A DNA stretch of 41,974 nucleotides from a virus (lineage: Duplodnaviria > Caudoviricetes). Numbering within the stretch: position 1 is the first letter of the stretch; the number at the start of each line of letters is the position of its first letter. Positions 33,475 through 41,974 of the stretch are shown in pieces. The notes beneath the pieces are model-generated. The model was given only the letters and a program-made list of their open reading frames with translations. It had not been told where the DNA came from and did not search any database. Location of the stretch: positions 1-41,974 of the IMG/VR virus record IMGVR_UViG_3300044475_000019, one strand, 5' to 3'. The position numbers and the translations under genes were made by a program.

Positions 33475-33971
33475 ACTGGCTCGACATAGGCAAGCAAGCA
33501 ATTCAGATGGGGGCCCCGATACTCGGCGGCGCCTTGGGCGGGCCCGCAGGTGCAGCAGTTGGCGCCATGATCGCCAACCAGTTCGGAGTGGATGACCCCA
33601 CCCCGGGCAACACCATGGCCGCCATCAAAGCGGACCCTGATGCCGCCATGAAGCTGCGAGAGGTAGAGCTGCGCCACCAGGAGCGCCTGATTGAGCTGGA
33701 GAACGACCGCTTTCGCATCGAGACGGCAGACGTGCAGAATGCCCGCGGCGCCCACCAGCACCACTGGATGCCTTCGGTGATCACCATGGTGTTGTGCGCC
33801 ATGTTCGGCTGCATCGTCGGCGCCCTGTTCATCTGGGCCATACCAGGGGAGAACAAGGACATTGTGGTCTACATGGCCGGGCAGGTGTCCGGAATGCTGG
33901 CTAGCTGCGTGGTCTACTGGGTCGGTTCAACCCGTGCCAGCGCCAACAAGGACATGATGCGCAACAAATGA
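33471..33971 (+). CDS. Putative holin
   Basis: Gly-zipper LGGALGGPAGAAVG, D.QNAR, two hydrophobic segments ending YWVGS..S..K. Confidence 0.7.
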   Translation: MNWLDIGKQAIQMGAPILGGALGGPAGAAVGAMIANQFGVDDPTPGNTMAAIKADPDAAMKLREVELRHQERLIELENDRFRIETADVQNARGAHQHHWMPSVITMVLCAMFGCIVGALFIWAIPGENKDIVVYMAGQVSGMLASCVVYWVGSTRASANKDMMRNK

Positions 33972-34001
33972 AAAGGGCCCGTCAGGGCCCTTGTTTTTTT
34001 T
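33971..34001. terminator. Bidirectional terminator between lysis and tail fibre genes
   Basis: AAGGGCCC-GTCA-GGGCCCTT with T tract. Confidence 0.75.
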
Positions 34002-34010
34002 GCAAAGATT

Positions 34011-35351
34011 CTATTCTTGCATGGCCGCCATGAACCAGAAATTACCATTCGGGTAATCAACCTGGCTGCAATCAACTTGGACGTGTCCAAGAAATACATT
34101 GAGGCGGCCGGCCGGGGCTTTCCGTATGGCAGACATCCCGCGGTCAAAATAAAACCCAAGGGCAGAACTCAAAGCTGGCGGGGTATTATCGGAAGCCTTT
34201 CTGAGAACCAGGGTAAACCCAGAAGACGTCAATGTTTTCATGCCGATGTTTATCAGCTCGCCATTGTACCATGACTGCGGGGCACATCCCGGCGATCCCA
34301 TCAAAGTAGGGTGGGTGAAAACTAGCTCGCCAGTGCCGGCATCGTAAGTCACATTAATGTCGGATGTGCTCCAGGCTGACGATGAAAGCACCCAGGATGT
34401 GCCATTATAAGACACCAATCCCTCGGCCTGGCCAACAAGATATAGCGCCGTGACCCCCGGTGACGTGGTGTTGATGTAGTGAGGGATCAAGGGCTCAAAC
34501 TGGCTTCCACCTGACGTATGTTGACACAGCGGCATCTGCATCAGTCGCCGGTTTGGGTGGGTAATGGTGATGAGACCAGAGGCTGCCACACTAACACCGA
34601 ACCTGCTCGGACCAAACATTTTTTGGTCAAATGTTATCTGGTTCGAGTTGTCAAAATTGATGTAAAAGGAACAAGGAGACCCTAGGCTTACGTTGGCATT
34701 ATTCGCCGCTACAGAACCTCCAACAAGCGTCCCATCGGCAGCAAAGCTTTCATCAGGCCCGGCAACGAAAGTGCCTATCTTTAGGCCGTCGTACTGCACG
34801 TTTACGTTTACTCCGCCAGTGACTCCATTAACGCGGATGGGGAGGTGCGCGGTATCAGAAACAGGAGCCCAATCAGGACCTACCAAAGTGTCACGACGAA
34901 CTGCGCAGCCAGACATGGCATAATCCACTCCACCGTTACCCCTTGGGATGCCAGTCTTCCAGGGGCTAATGTCCTGCCAGTTTGTGGGAGTGGTGTCGGG
35001 GTTGTCGCTATTACTTTCAACCTTGCTCTGCCACAGTGTTACGCCGTCACTACCCAGCACCATGGCACCCTTAGGATACCCGCCAATGGACGTTGCTAGA
35101 GCAGAGCTAAACGTGGGTTGCCCGCCCGCCTGCATGTAGCGCAGAATGTTGGTTATTTCGTAGAAAATGCCGTTGAAGTCCTGCCCGAACGGGGGGATTC
35201 CGCCCGCCTCTTTGGCCGTCATGTTGATGGCAGAGAACCCCTGATCGAAGCCGGCGCGACCGGTTGCCGGGTTGGAAGCGGGCGGGATTGGGTTCTTGAG
35301 GCCTGACTCGGCCCAAGGGGTTATGATTTTGCCAGGTTCAGATACCGACAT
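34011..35351 (-). CDS. Tail fibre / receptor-binding protein
   Basis: N-terminal GFSAINM...GGIPPFGQDFNGIFY...GGYPKGA anchor; last gene of the baseplate cluster; start MSVSEP. Confidence 0.85.
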   Translation of the reverse strand: MSVSEPGKIITPWAESGLKNPIPPASNPATGRAGFDQGFSAINMTAKEAGGIPPFGQDFNGIFYEITNILRYMQAGGQPTFSSALATSIGGYPKGAMVLGSDGVTLWQSKVESNSDNPDTTPTNWQDISPWKTGIPRGNGGVDYAMSGCAVRRDTLVGPDWAPVSDTAHLPIRVNGVTGGVNVNVQYDGLKIGTFVAGPDESFAADGTLVGGSVAANNANVSLGSPCSFYINFDNSNQITFDQKMFGPSRFGVSVAASGLITITHPNRRLMQMPLCQHTSGGSQFEPLIPHYINTTSPGVTALYLVGQAEGLVSYNGTSWVLSSSAWSTSDINVTYDAGTGELVFTHPTLMGSPGCAPQSWYNGELINIGMKTLTSSGFTLVLRKASDNTPPALSSALGFYFDRGMSAIRKAPAGRLNVFLGHVQVDCSQVDYPNGNFWFMAAMQE

Positions 35352-35991
35352 TGAAGAGATCTCCATTATTAAGAAGGGTGCCTTGGCCAAAAGGCTCAGA
35401 TCCAGCCCCGGCTTCATTAAATCCAAACAGCCCATCAGGGGCCGTCAATACGGTAGCAAGTACGCCGCCAGGGCGGGGCAGGGTGTCTTTTGACAGCACT
35501 GACCGCTCCCATGATTCTAACGGAAACTCGAACACGTAGCGAATGGCCATTCCCTGCAGGTCATTGACCCAGCAGCGGCCCCGACCGGGAAACAAGTTTT
35601 TTAGCACCCCGTTCAAGCTGCTCATGGTCGAGTCGCTTATGTTGGCCAGCGCCTTGGTAAGTATCAGCGTTCGAAATGCTGGGTCAGCCAACTTGAAAAC
35701 GTCCGTCTCTGGCGCGCCGGGGTACAGAGTGCCAAAGCCGAACGTTTGCCATGACTGGTTTTCAGTCGGGGTACTGAATCCGACATAGTCGCCCACGGTA
35801 ACCAGCAGGTATCTGCCATCCTCTATGGCAACTATCCGCCCCCAGATGTCTAGCCCAAACCCCTGAGCGGTATCTACGTTCCACACCACGCTATAAAACT
35901 CATCCACCCACGAGGCGGAGAAGTATTCGTTGTGATAGGTGATCAGCTGTTTGATGCGAGGCGACGCGGCGTACTGGCGCATAGAGATCAT
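35338..35991 (-). CDS. Baseplate wedge protein (DUF2612-like)
   Basis: QYAASP, TAQGFGLDIWGRIV and LPRPGGV motifs. Confidence 0.85.
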   Translation of the reverse strand: MISMRQYAASPRIKQLITYHNEYFSASWVDEFYSVVWNVDTAQGFGLDIWGRIVAIEDGRYLLVTVGDYVGFSTPTENQSWQTFGFGTLYPGAPETDVFKLADPAFRTLILTKALANISDSTMSSLNGVLKNLFPGRGRCWVNDLQGMAIRYVFEFPLESWERSVLSKDTLPRPGGVLATVLTAPDGLFGFNEAGAGSEPFGQGTLLNNGDLFNVGI

Positions 35992-37202
35992 ACCAGCACC
36001 ACCTCGATATCATCAGCTGACACAGTAGGGGCCTGGTCTATGCCGACAAGCACGGAGTCCTGATCGGCTAGCGTGGTGCCGACACGAACGGTAAGCACCT
36101 GCACCGAGTTGGCGATCTGGGCGATAGGTCCGTAGTAGCTGGACGAATATACCTCTCCACCGATGCGCGCGCGCTGGAAGCCGTTCAGGCCATTGAAGGT
36201 GTCGATCACCGACTGCTTGACCAGGTCAGTGATGTTGAACGGCAGGGATGAGGAGTTGCGCAGCGTGACTTTGAACAGGATAGGCAGCGATGCCGGCCGC
36301 TCCCACGATATCGAATACTCAGGATACGGGAAACCGACATCATTTTCAGTGTCCTGCACGATCACCGTGGTGTTTCCTGTCAGGTTGCAGCCACCGTCCT
36401 TCTTGAGGAAGATGGCGTTGGCCACATCTTCATCCGTGCCGCCAACCGCCGCGATGTAGACGCAGTGCGCCGGGATCTCATAATCCGTTGGCCCAACAGT
36501 GATGGGCGTGCCGAGGAAGTTATCATAGGCGTAGACATCAATCACCCCAGGCACATCCCAGACAGAGCCGCGGATTGCCGCCGCCGACCCGCGGGCGTTC
36601 TTGGCCACAGATGCAAACCGACGAGCCTCGAACTCTGCGCGTGACTCAACGTTGGTTCCTGTTACCGCCGCCCCAGTGTTGTTGATGGCATCCCATCCTG
36701 GTGATGCCTGAGCGATCCGATTCAACTCTCCTATGCCAAGCTGCACAGGGCCGAGGGTGGTGCACGCAAACTCAATGTTCGCCACACCTCCCGACGGGAA
36801 GGTGATGGCGCCGCTGGACGCCCAGTAAAGACCGTTGACGTCGCGGGCCAACGCTCCGGCTTGCAGGATTGACCCTGGCTGTCCGGTGACGGTCGCTAAC
36901 ACCACGGACGATGTTGCCCCCTTGCGCGACAGGAAATAGATCCGGCCAATAGCGTCTTGGAATCGCCCCTCACTGGTCGCCGGGTCCACTCCCGCCACCA
37001 CAGCAGCCACAGCCGCATTTGCGTCGGTGATATCTTGCGTGAGGTTGTCTGCGAGGTGCGCTTGCGGCGTGGCGCTGCTGGTGATGTTGAGATTGCCGCC
37101 GAAGGCCACGTTGTAGTCGGCCAGCACCCCAGCCCGGATGGCAGTGGCCTGCGGAACAGTAACGCCTTGATAGGTGATTGTGAGCTTGGGGACGTTAGAC
37201 AT
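35988..37202 (-). CDS. Baseplate J-like protein
   Basis: DPATSEGRFQDAIG, G..VESRAEFEARR and VPGV motifs. Confidence 0.88.
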   Translation of the reverse strand: MSNVPKLTITYQGVTVPQATAIRAGVLADYNVAFGGNLNITSSATPQAHLADNLTQDITDANAAVAAVVAGVDPATSEGRFQDAIGRIYFLSRKGATSSVVLATVTGQPGSILQAGALARDVNGLYWASSGAITFPSGGVANIEFACTTLGPVQLGIGELNRIAQASPGWDAINNTGAAVTGTNVESRAEFEARRFASVAKNARGSAAAIRGSVWDVPGVIDVYAYDNFLGTPITVGPTDYEIPAHCVYIAAVGGTDEDVANAIFLKKDGGCNLTGNTTVIVQDTENDVGFPYPEYSISWERPASLPILFKVTLRNSSSLPFNITDLVKQSVIDTFNGLNGFQRARIGGEVYSSSYYGPIAQIANSVQVLTVRVGTTLADQDSVLVGIDQAPTVSADDIEVVLV

Positions 37203-37539
37203 TGATCTGAGTTCCGTCGGTCAGGGTGACTTGAATTTGCCCGGTCACGCCTCGGGCTTGATCGTAAATAAGCACCGGATTGGCACTTGCCACCTCCGGT
37301 ACGCGAAAAGCCTCTTGCTGATACCACGCAGCCAGGGTTGCCTGCGCGGGCCGCTGACCGAGCACGGATTGCTCGTAAGGGATGCCGTCTCCGGTGTTGT
37401 ATGGGGCTTCGCCCTGCCACAGCATGCACTGATTCGCCACGCTCTGGGCTACAGCATAAGGGCCGCTGGCAATGGCGATTCCGCCTGATGCATCAACATC
37501 CAGATCCCATGTCGTCGGGTTCAGAAACATCGTGTCCAT
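37195..37539 (-). CDS. Baseplate wedge / sheath initiator (gp25/gpW-like)
   Basis: WDL, VAQ, GE..Y....GIPY motifs; between spike and J. Confidence 0.75.
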   Translation of the reverse strand: MDTMFLNPTTWDLDVDASGGIAIASGPYAVAQSVANQCMLWQGEAPYNTGDGIPYEQSVLGQRPAQATLAAWYQQEAFRVPEVASANPVLIYDQARGVTGQIQVTLTDGTQINV

Positions 37540-37548
37540 GTGGCCTCG

Positions 37549-38181
37549 TCAGTTTGCCTGCGTCAGGGTGGTGAGCTGGTTGGCGTCCATCTCTTGATCT
37601 GGATGCGGGCCGCCGCCGTGGGTGTGGGAGTTGAACAGCGTGGCCATTCTCTCATCTACCAACCTGCGAACTGCAGCTCCCGTGTCCCCCAGTTTAACAC
37701 CAGATGAGTTATGAACCAAAATACCGCCTTCGGTGATCTGGATGTAGCTGGTCGGTGTGCCGTTGAGGAAGCCACCAAGGTAGAGCGCATCGCTAAAATC
37801 GTGGGTGCGCCAGCTACCAGGGGGGGCCTGTTTTTTGGCGGACTTCACCGCTGAGATGTCGCGGGAACAGAAGCATGCCATGCCGATGTCACCGGGGGCT
37901 GGGTCCACAATCACTGCATTAGTGCCACCCTGCAGGCGGAGGTACGGCACGTTGTTGATTGTGCCGTGCTGCACGGTGTTGCCTTGTCCGTCCACCATGT
38001 CCACCAGCACCGTGACATCTACCAGCCCAACCGGCGACACCCCAGTGTTTCGCACGGCATCCACGCGCACCGGCAGGGACGTTTGCAGCTTAAGCATGGC
38101 CTGCCGAATGGCGAAGTTTAGACCGTTGAGATCGCCGTCAAAGTCGGACGGCAGGGATAGTGGGTTGTTGGTTTCTGCCAT
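37549..38181 (-). CDS. Baseplate central spike (phi92 gp138-like)
   Basis: VPY, PGDIG...CSRDIS, R.HDFSDA, C-terminal HTH iron-binding motif; start MAETNNP. Confidence 0.85.
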   Translation of the reverse strand: MAETNNPLSLPSDFDGDLNGLNFAIRQAMLKLQTSLPVRVDAVRNTGVSPVGLVDVTVLVDMVDGQGNTVQHGTINNVPYLRLQGGTNAVIVDPAPGDIGMACFCSRDISAVKSAKKQAPPGSWRTHDFSDALYLGGFLNGTPTSYIQITEGGILVHNSSGVKLGDTGAAVRRLVDERMATLFNSHTHGGGPHPDQEMDANQLTTLTQAN

Positions 38182-39068
38182 TATCTCGTCCTCACAAACT
38201 GGCTGATCGCATTCGCATTCACGTACATGAACCACGCACCGCCAGGTGTCTCGCAGTCAAGGTTAATTGACATTCCCCTGACATACCAGTTCCCAGCGCA
38301 CGGGGTAACGTCGGTTTCAAGCTTCACTTGCCTGCCAAAGTAAATGCCAGGATCGTAGAGGCACATGAAGTCCACCCCGAGATGGGTTGGCGTAGGCCAG
38401 CCGATCAGACCAAGCTCTCCATTCATCACCACCGGTTCAATGTTTCTTGGCTTACCTTGCGGCGATATCGCGACCACACCCTCAGCCTGATCTATCCAAA
38501 CCTGGCATCTAGCCGCATCGCACAGCGCCCTAAGTTGGTTGAAATATGATCCGCTCAGGTAGGCGTCTGATACTGTGGAATCCACGCCGTTGTTTTCAAG
38601 CCTTAGCCCTATCTTGTTGCATAGCTCGCCAGCGATGACTGACACCTTTTGAGAGCCCGGCCACGATGTTGGAGGGTTGGCATCGGTAGCTGATTGCATG
38701 GCGTTATAAGCCTCCACCACAAACGGCACGTCTGGCGCCCCCATGTAATCGGTGTAGGCACTGCCAATGGTTCCGAGGAAAAGCGTGTTGTACTGGCCAT
38801 CTGGCCCGGTAGCCTCTACCAATACCTCGTTGCGTTGCAGCTCATAGTTGAAGTTGTTGATGATGGTCAGGCGGTTCATGACATCCTGCGCCAGACCCTT
38901 GATGATGATCCGTGCAGTAGCGAACTGCCATCCTCCCGGGGCTTTGATCTCCACTGACGACCGGAATCCCTCATAGACAACCGTGTCAGGTTCGCCCGGG
39001 CCAGAGAATGACCCGGTGCGCATCTTGAAGGTGAACCTTAAGCCTCTGGATTGAAAAGAAGTTGCCAC
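38181..39068 (-). CDS. Baseplate hub protein
   Basis: LFLGTI, GLIGWP and GGAWF motifs; upstream of spike; start uncertain (GTG 39068 or ATG 39080). Confidence 0.78.
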   Translation of the reverse strand: MATSFQSRGLRFTFKMRTGSFSGPGEPDTVVYEGFRSSVEIKAPGGWQFATARIIIKGLAQDVMNRLTIINNFNYELQRNEVLVEATGPDGQYNTLFLGTIGSAYTDYMGAPDVPFVVEAYNAMQSATDANPPTSWPGSQKVSVIAGELCNKIGLRLENNGVDSTVSDAYLSGSYFNQLRALCDAARCQVWIDQAEGVVAISPQGKPRNIEPVVMNGELGLIGWPTPTHLGVDFMCLYDPGIYFGRQVKLETDVTPCAGNWYVRGMSINLDCETPGGAWFMYVNANAISQFVRTR

Positions 39069-39337
39069 CGGCTGCCCCATCCTGTGTAGTCGGGCGCTTC
39101 GTCGCCCTGTGTGTCATTGACCGCGATATCGCCGATAAAACCGGTATATGCTGCCCTGATAATTGCCGACCGGTTGACCATCAGCACGGTTTCGCACAGC
39201 ACGGTGCCAGCCCAAGAAACGCTGATGTACTGGCGGCCGCCAAGCTGGCGCAGGTAAAACGTCACCGGCTGACCGGCAAGCGCCACCTGCACGGTCTGGG
39301 CCGGTACGGCGCGCAGGGGGATTTGCTCTATTGCCAT
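39038..39337 (-). CDS. Baseplate plug-like protein
   Basis: IPLRAVPAQ, GFIGD...DTQG..P...GWGSRWQL. Confidence 0.75.
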   Translation of the reverse strand: MAIEQIPLRAVPAQTVQVALAGQPVTFYLRQLGGRQYISVSWAGTVLCETVLMVNRSAIIRAAYTGFIGDIAVNDTQGDEAPDYTGWGSRWQLLFNPEA

Positions 39338-39344
39338 GATGACC

Positions 39345-39983
39345 TCACGAACCAAAAGTATCTGTAGGCGCCGTCGCCTGGTAGTCCCACTGGATTTCCT
39401 TAACCGGCTCAATAGCCTCGCCAAGCTGTACCCGTGCGGTCGGCGTGGGCGGCACGTTGTTCGGGTCGGCGATCTTGCTGTTGCTGTAGACTACCTGGGT
39501 CTCGCGCACTTCCTGCACCATCAGATCGGCGACAATCATCCCCGCCCCGCTGGCCGCGCCGCGCAGGATTCGGTACTCCACCAGCGTGTACCCGTTGTAA
39601 CGCTTCTCCGGCATCACAATGTCGAACTGCGTGGGCGCCGCGGCGTTAGTATCGAGCCAGTCTGTGATATAGGCCCGTGTTGCCGCCGCGCCTTCTTTGG
39701 TGACTCGGATCAGCATGGCGGTCGGGTTCTTCACCTTGTTGTAGCTGATGAAGCTGCCAGATTCCACCTTGTAGGTGGACGCCTCGGAAGACCCATTGAT
39801 CCCCATCTCCACAATGGAATCCACCTCGACATTGGCGGTCTCGCTGCCAGCCTCGAAGATACCCCACTTGTCACCCGGAAACAGCGCAGACCACAGCGAC
39901 CCGATGGCCGAGCTCAACACACTGGTGATCGGCGCCGGTATCTTTCCGCTTTTGAGGACTGGGAAGCCAGGTATTCCGGCCAT
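39345..39983 (-). CDS. Baseplate / tube initiator protein
   Basis: AAGGAG RBS; YKVESGSFISYNKVKNP and QEVR motifs. Confidence 0.75.
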   Translation of the reverse strand: MAGIPGFPVLKSGKIPAPITSVLSSAIGSLWSALFPGDKWGIFEAGSETANVEVDSIVEMGINGSSEASTYKVESGSFISYNKVKNPTAMLIRVTKEGAAATRAYITDWLDTNAAAPTQFDIVMPEKRYNGYTLVEYRILRGAASGAGMIVADLMVQEVRETQVVYSNSKIADPNNVPPTPTARVQLGEAIEPVKEIQWDYQATAPTDTFGS

Positions 39984-40025
39984 GTTGACTCCTTGGTTTG
40001 CCTTGTTGGCTTGCTATGGGGATTA

Positions 40026-40054
40026 TTGCACAAAAGGTGGTGGTGGGGTATGGT
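40026..40054 (+). promoter_or_regulatory. Sigma70-like promoter of the moron
   Basis: TTGCAC-17 nt-TATGGT. Confidence 0.55.
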
Positions 40055-40139
40055 GCGGTTGCGGATAGACCGGCCAGTCGAAAAGCGCCACACCCGAAAC
40101 GCCTTCCGCAACCTTCATTCGGGCTCAGAGGGTAGAGAT

Positions 40140-40433
40140 ATGAAACTCATCGTAAGTTATCCAACCAACGAAAAATGCAACGTCACCGAGCACACCTATC
40201 AGGTTGTAGAGCGCGAGGTTGAAATTGACGTCAAAAAGATTTATCGCAGTCCGTCACAGTGGAACGGAAAGGCAAAAAACAGATACCACTATTCCGCAAT
40301 AATTCCTGCACCAGATGACTTAGCAGACTGGATGAAAGTTAGCGGTTTCGTTCGCTGCAACATATGCAGGAAGCAGAACCCGCACTTCAAGCCAACCAAG
40401 TTGAAGTTTGACGGAAGCTACTGGATTGAGTGA
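40140..40433 (+). CDS. Hypothetical protein (moron opposite the tail operon), 97 aa
   Basis: GAGGG upstream of ATG 40140; MKLIVSYPTNE...; one CxxC; AT-richer than flanks. Confidence 0.7.
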   Translation: MKLIVSYPTNEKCNVTEHTYQVVEREVEIDVKKIYRSPSQWNGKAKNRYHYSAIIPAPDDLADWMKVSGFVRCNICRKQNPHFKPTKLKFDGSYWIE

Positions 40434-40436
40434 ATC

Positions 40437-40457
40437 AAAGGGGCCTTCCAGCCCCTT
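40437..40457. terminator. Hairpin between convergent genes
   Basis: AAGGGGC-CTTCCA-GCCCCTT. Confidence 0.6.
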
Positions 40458-40459
40458 CC

Positions 40460-41847
40460 TCACTGCATCCCCCCATCAAACTGCCGCACCAACTCACCCT
40501 TCATGGCCGCCGCGATACCCCTCGCATCCTTGGCCTGAGTCTGTACTGTGATCTGCCCGATGCTGATGCTCTGACTGCCACCCACTCCACCCTGAGCCAT
40601 GCTGATGCCGCTAAGGATTTGCTGGTCGCTCAGGTAGGACTTGCCCGCCTCGTGCTGGCTGATGCCGCGGATCATGGCTGCTGCCGTGGAAGGGTCGCCG
40701 AAGTTAAGTTGCTGGTTCGGGTCAAGGCCGGTAGATTTGGACAGAGCCTTGATATAGGCCCCGGTATTGTTGGCCCCCTCCGGCGCGTAGACGCCCATCA
40801 CCTCGGTCAGGGTGTCGATGCCGCGCTTCTGATACAGTTGCAACTGCCGATATAGGGCTGCAATGCCGGCCTCGGTGCTCTTGAACTTGGCGAAGGTGTG
40901 GCCCGCCACGGTTTCTCCCACCTCAGCGCCGCGCTGGCCGGCAAACACCAGGTTGCCGGGGTTGTTGTGGCGCTCTGCGACGGAGGTGCCAGGCTTGTTG
41001 GCAACGGTCGGCCCCATGTAGTTCTCGCCCTGCAGCTCTCGCAGCGCGGCATCCTCGCCCTCGTTGAGCCCGCCAGAGTAGAGCAGGAAGCCAAGCGGGG
41101 CGGCCAGGGACGCAGCGGATGCAGCAAGGCCAGCCATAGTTCCGGCCAGCGTGGCAAGTCCGCCAATCACCGCCGACCCGCCAAGCAGTCGCAGGGTTGC
41201 CAGCGCCAAAATAAGCGAAGTGCTCCACCCGTCCGTCTTCTCGTCCAGCTCGGCGAATATCTCCACCGCCTTGGACAGTGGCGGAATGATAACCTCGGCC
41301 ATTTTGACGAATGACTCTGCCAGCCTCTCAAGCGATGGAAGCACCTTGATAACCAGTTCCCGGGTAAGCTTCTCCAGCCGTTGCTGGGCCTTGATCCAAG
41401 TCTGCTCCGCTTTATAGGCGACGTCTGCGTCCTTCTGGCTGAACCCCTGCTGTGCGGCCAGGGTGCTCCGCAGCTCTTTGCCACCCTTGGCGATCAGGTT
41501 GATGGTTCCCTCATCGAAACCCATCTGTTTCAGGTAGGCGTAACGCTGGTTACGGTCTGGGAATGCCTTCTCAGTGGAGTCGGCGATGTCAGCCAGGATG
41601 TCGGTCAGCGGCTTGGCCTTGCCGGCCGCATCGGTGACACTGACCCCCAGCTGTCGCAGGTACGGGGTGATCGCACTGTCACCCTTCATGAAGATTTCGG
41701 TTACCTGGTTACCAAGGCTCTGCAGGGTGCCAAGGAACCCCTCCATGCTCCCGCCGTTCAGCTCACTGGCTTTTCCCCATCGGTGCATGGTGTCTGCGGA
41801 GATGTTCAGGTTCTTGGATAGGCGGGATAGGTTGGCGCCGGTGGTGA
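40460..41847 (-). CDS. Tape measure protein, C-terminal part with lysozyme-like domain (544 aa in total)
   Basis: Helical Ala/Leu-rich body; C-terminal RHNNPGNL...FAKF...G...L..Y...YAP...NNTGAY. Confidence 0.88.
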
Positions 41848-41974
41848 CAACGTCACGGGTGAAGTTGATCAATCCCTTGCCAGCAGTGAGCACAGCAAAA
41901 AACTTCAACGCCGAGCGCTGCATCTGGCCGAAGAACTCGGCGGCGTCCTTGCCGGAGGCGGCGATCTGCTTGCC
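41848..41974. repeat. Terminal direct repeat copy 2 (circular assembly overlap)
   Basis: Identical to 1-127. Confidence 0.95.

Noticed and set aside
34011-35351. Diversity-generating retroelement or invertible tail fibre system
   Set aside because: No reverse transcriptase, invertase or template/variable repeat pair seen
41848-41974. 127-bp terminal repeat as a biological direct terminal repeat
   Set aside because: It falls inside the tape measure gene and matches a typical assembler k-mer overlap

Overview
The window is an apparently complete, circular tailed-phage genome. Bases 1-127 are identical to 41848-41974 (assembly overlap), so the unique length is 41,847 bp and the tape measure gene is split across the ends. 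It is a small contractile-tailed phage. The virion module (minus strand) resembles Bcep781 and Aeromonas phage 56: terminase, DUF1073 portal, gp7-like protein, DUF2213 protease, DUF2184 capsid, DUF4054, sheath/tube, chaperone with a -1 frameshift, tape measure with a lysozyme-like C-terminus, baseplate and tail fibre. It also carries a RecE/RecT-like pair, a P4-alpha-type primase-helicase beside a repeat-containing AT-rich putative origin, an SSB-like protein, an SF2 helicase, a VRR-NUC nuclease, a string of small early genes and a lysis cassette. I saw no integrase, CI-type repressor, DNA polymerase or canonical tRNA. A gammaproteobacterial (Aeromonas-like) host is my inference only. Most notable unexplained signals: (1) a promoter-to-terminator ~450-nt structured non-coding unit upstream of terS; (2) a ~105-nt candidate sRNA whose repeated TCCTGT motifs are complementary to the ribosome-binding sites of the phage's own replication/recombination genes; (3) a primase C-terminal domain copied into two genes on the other side of the origin. 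All family names come from recognising motifs and synteny, not from database searches.
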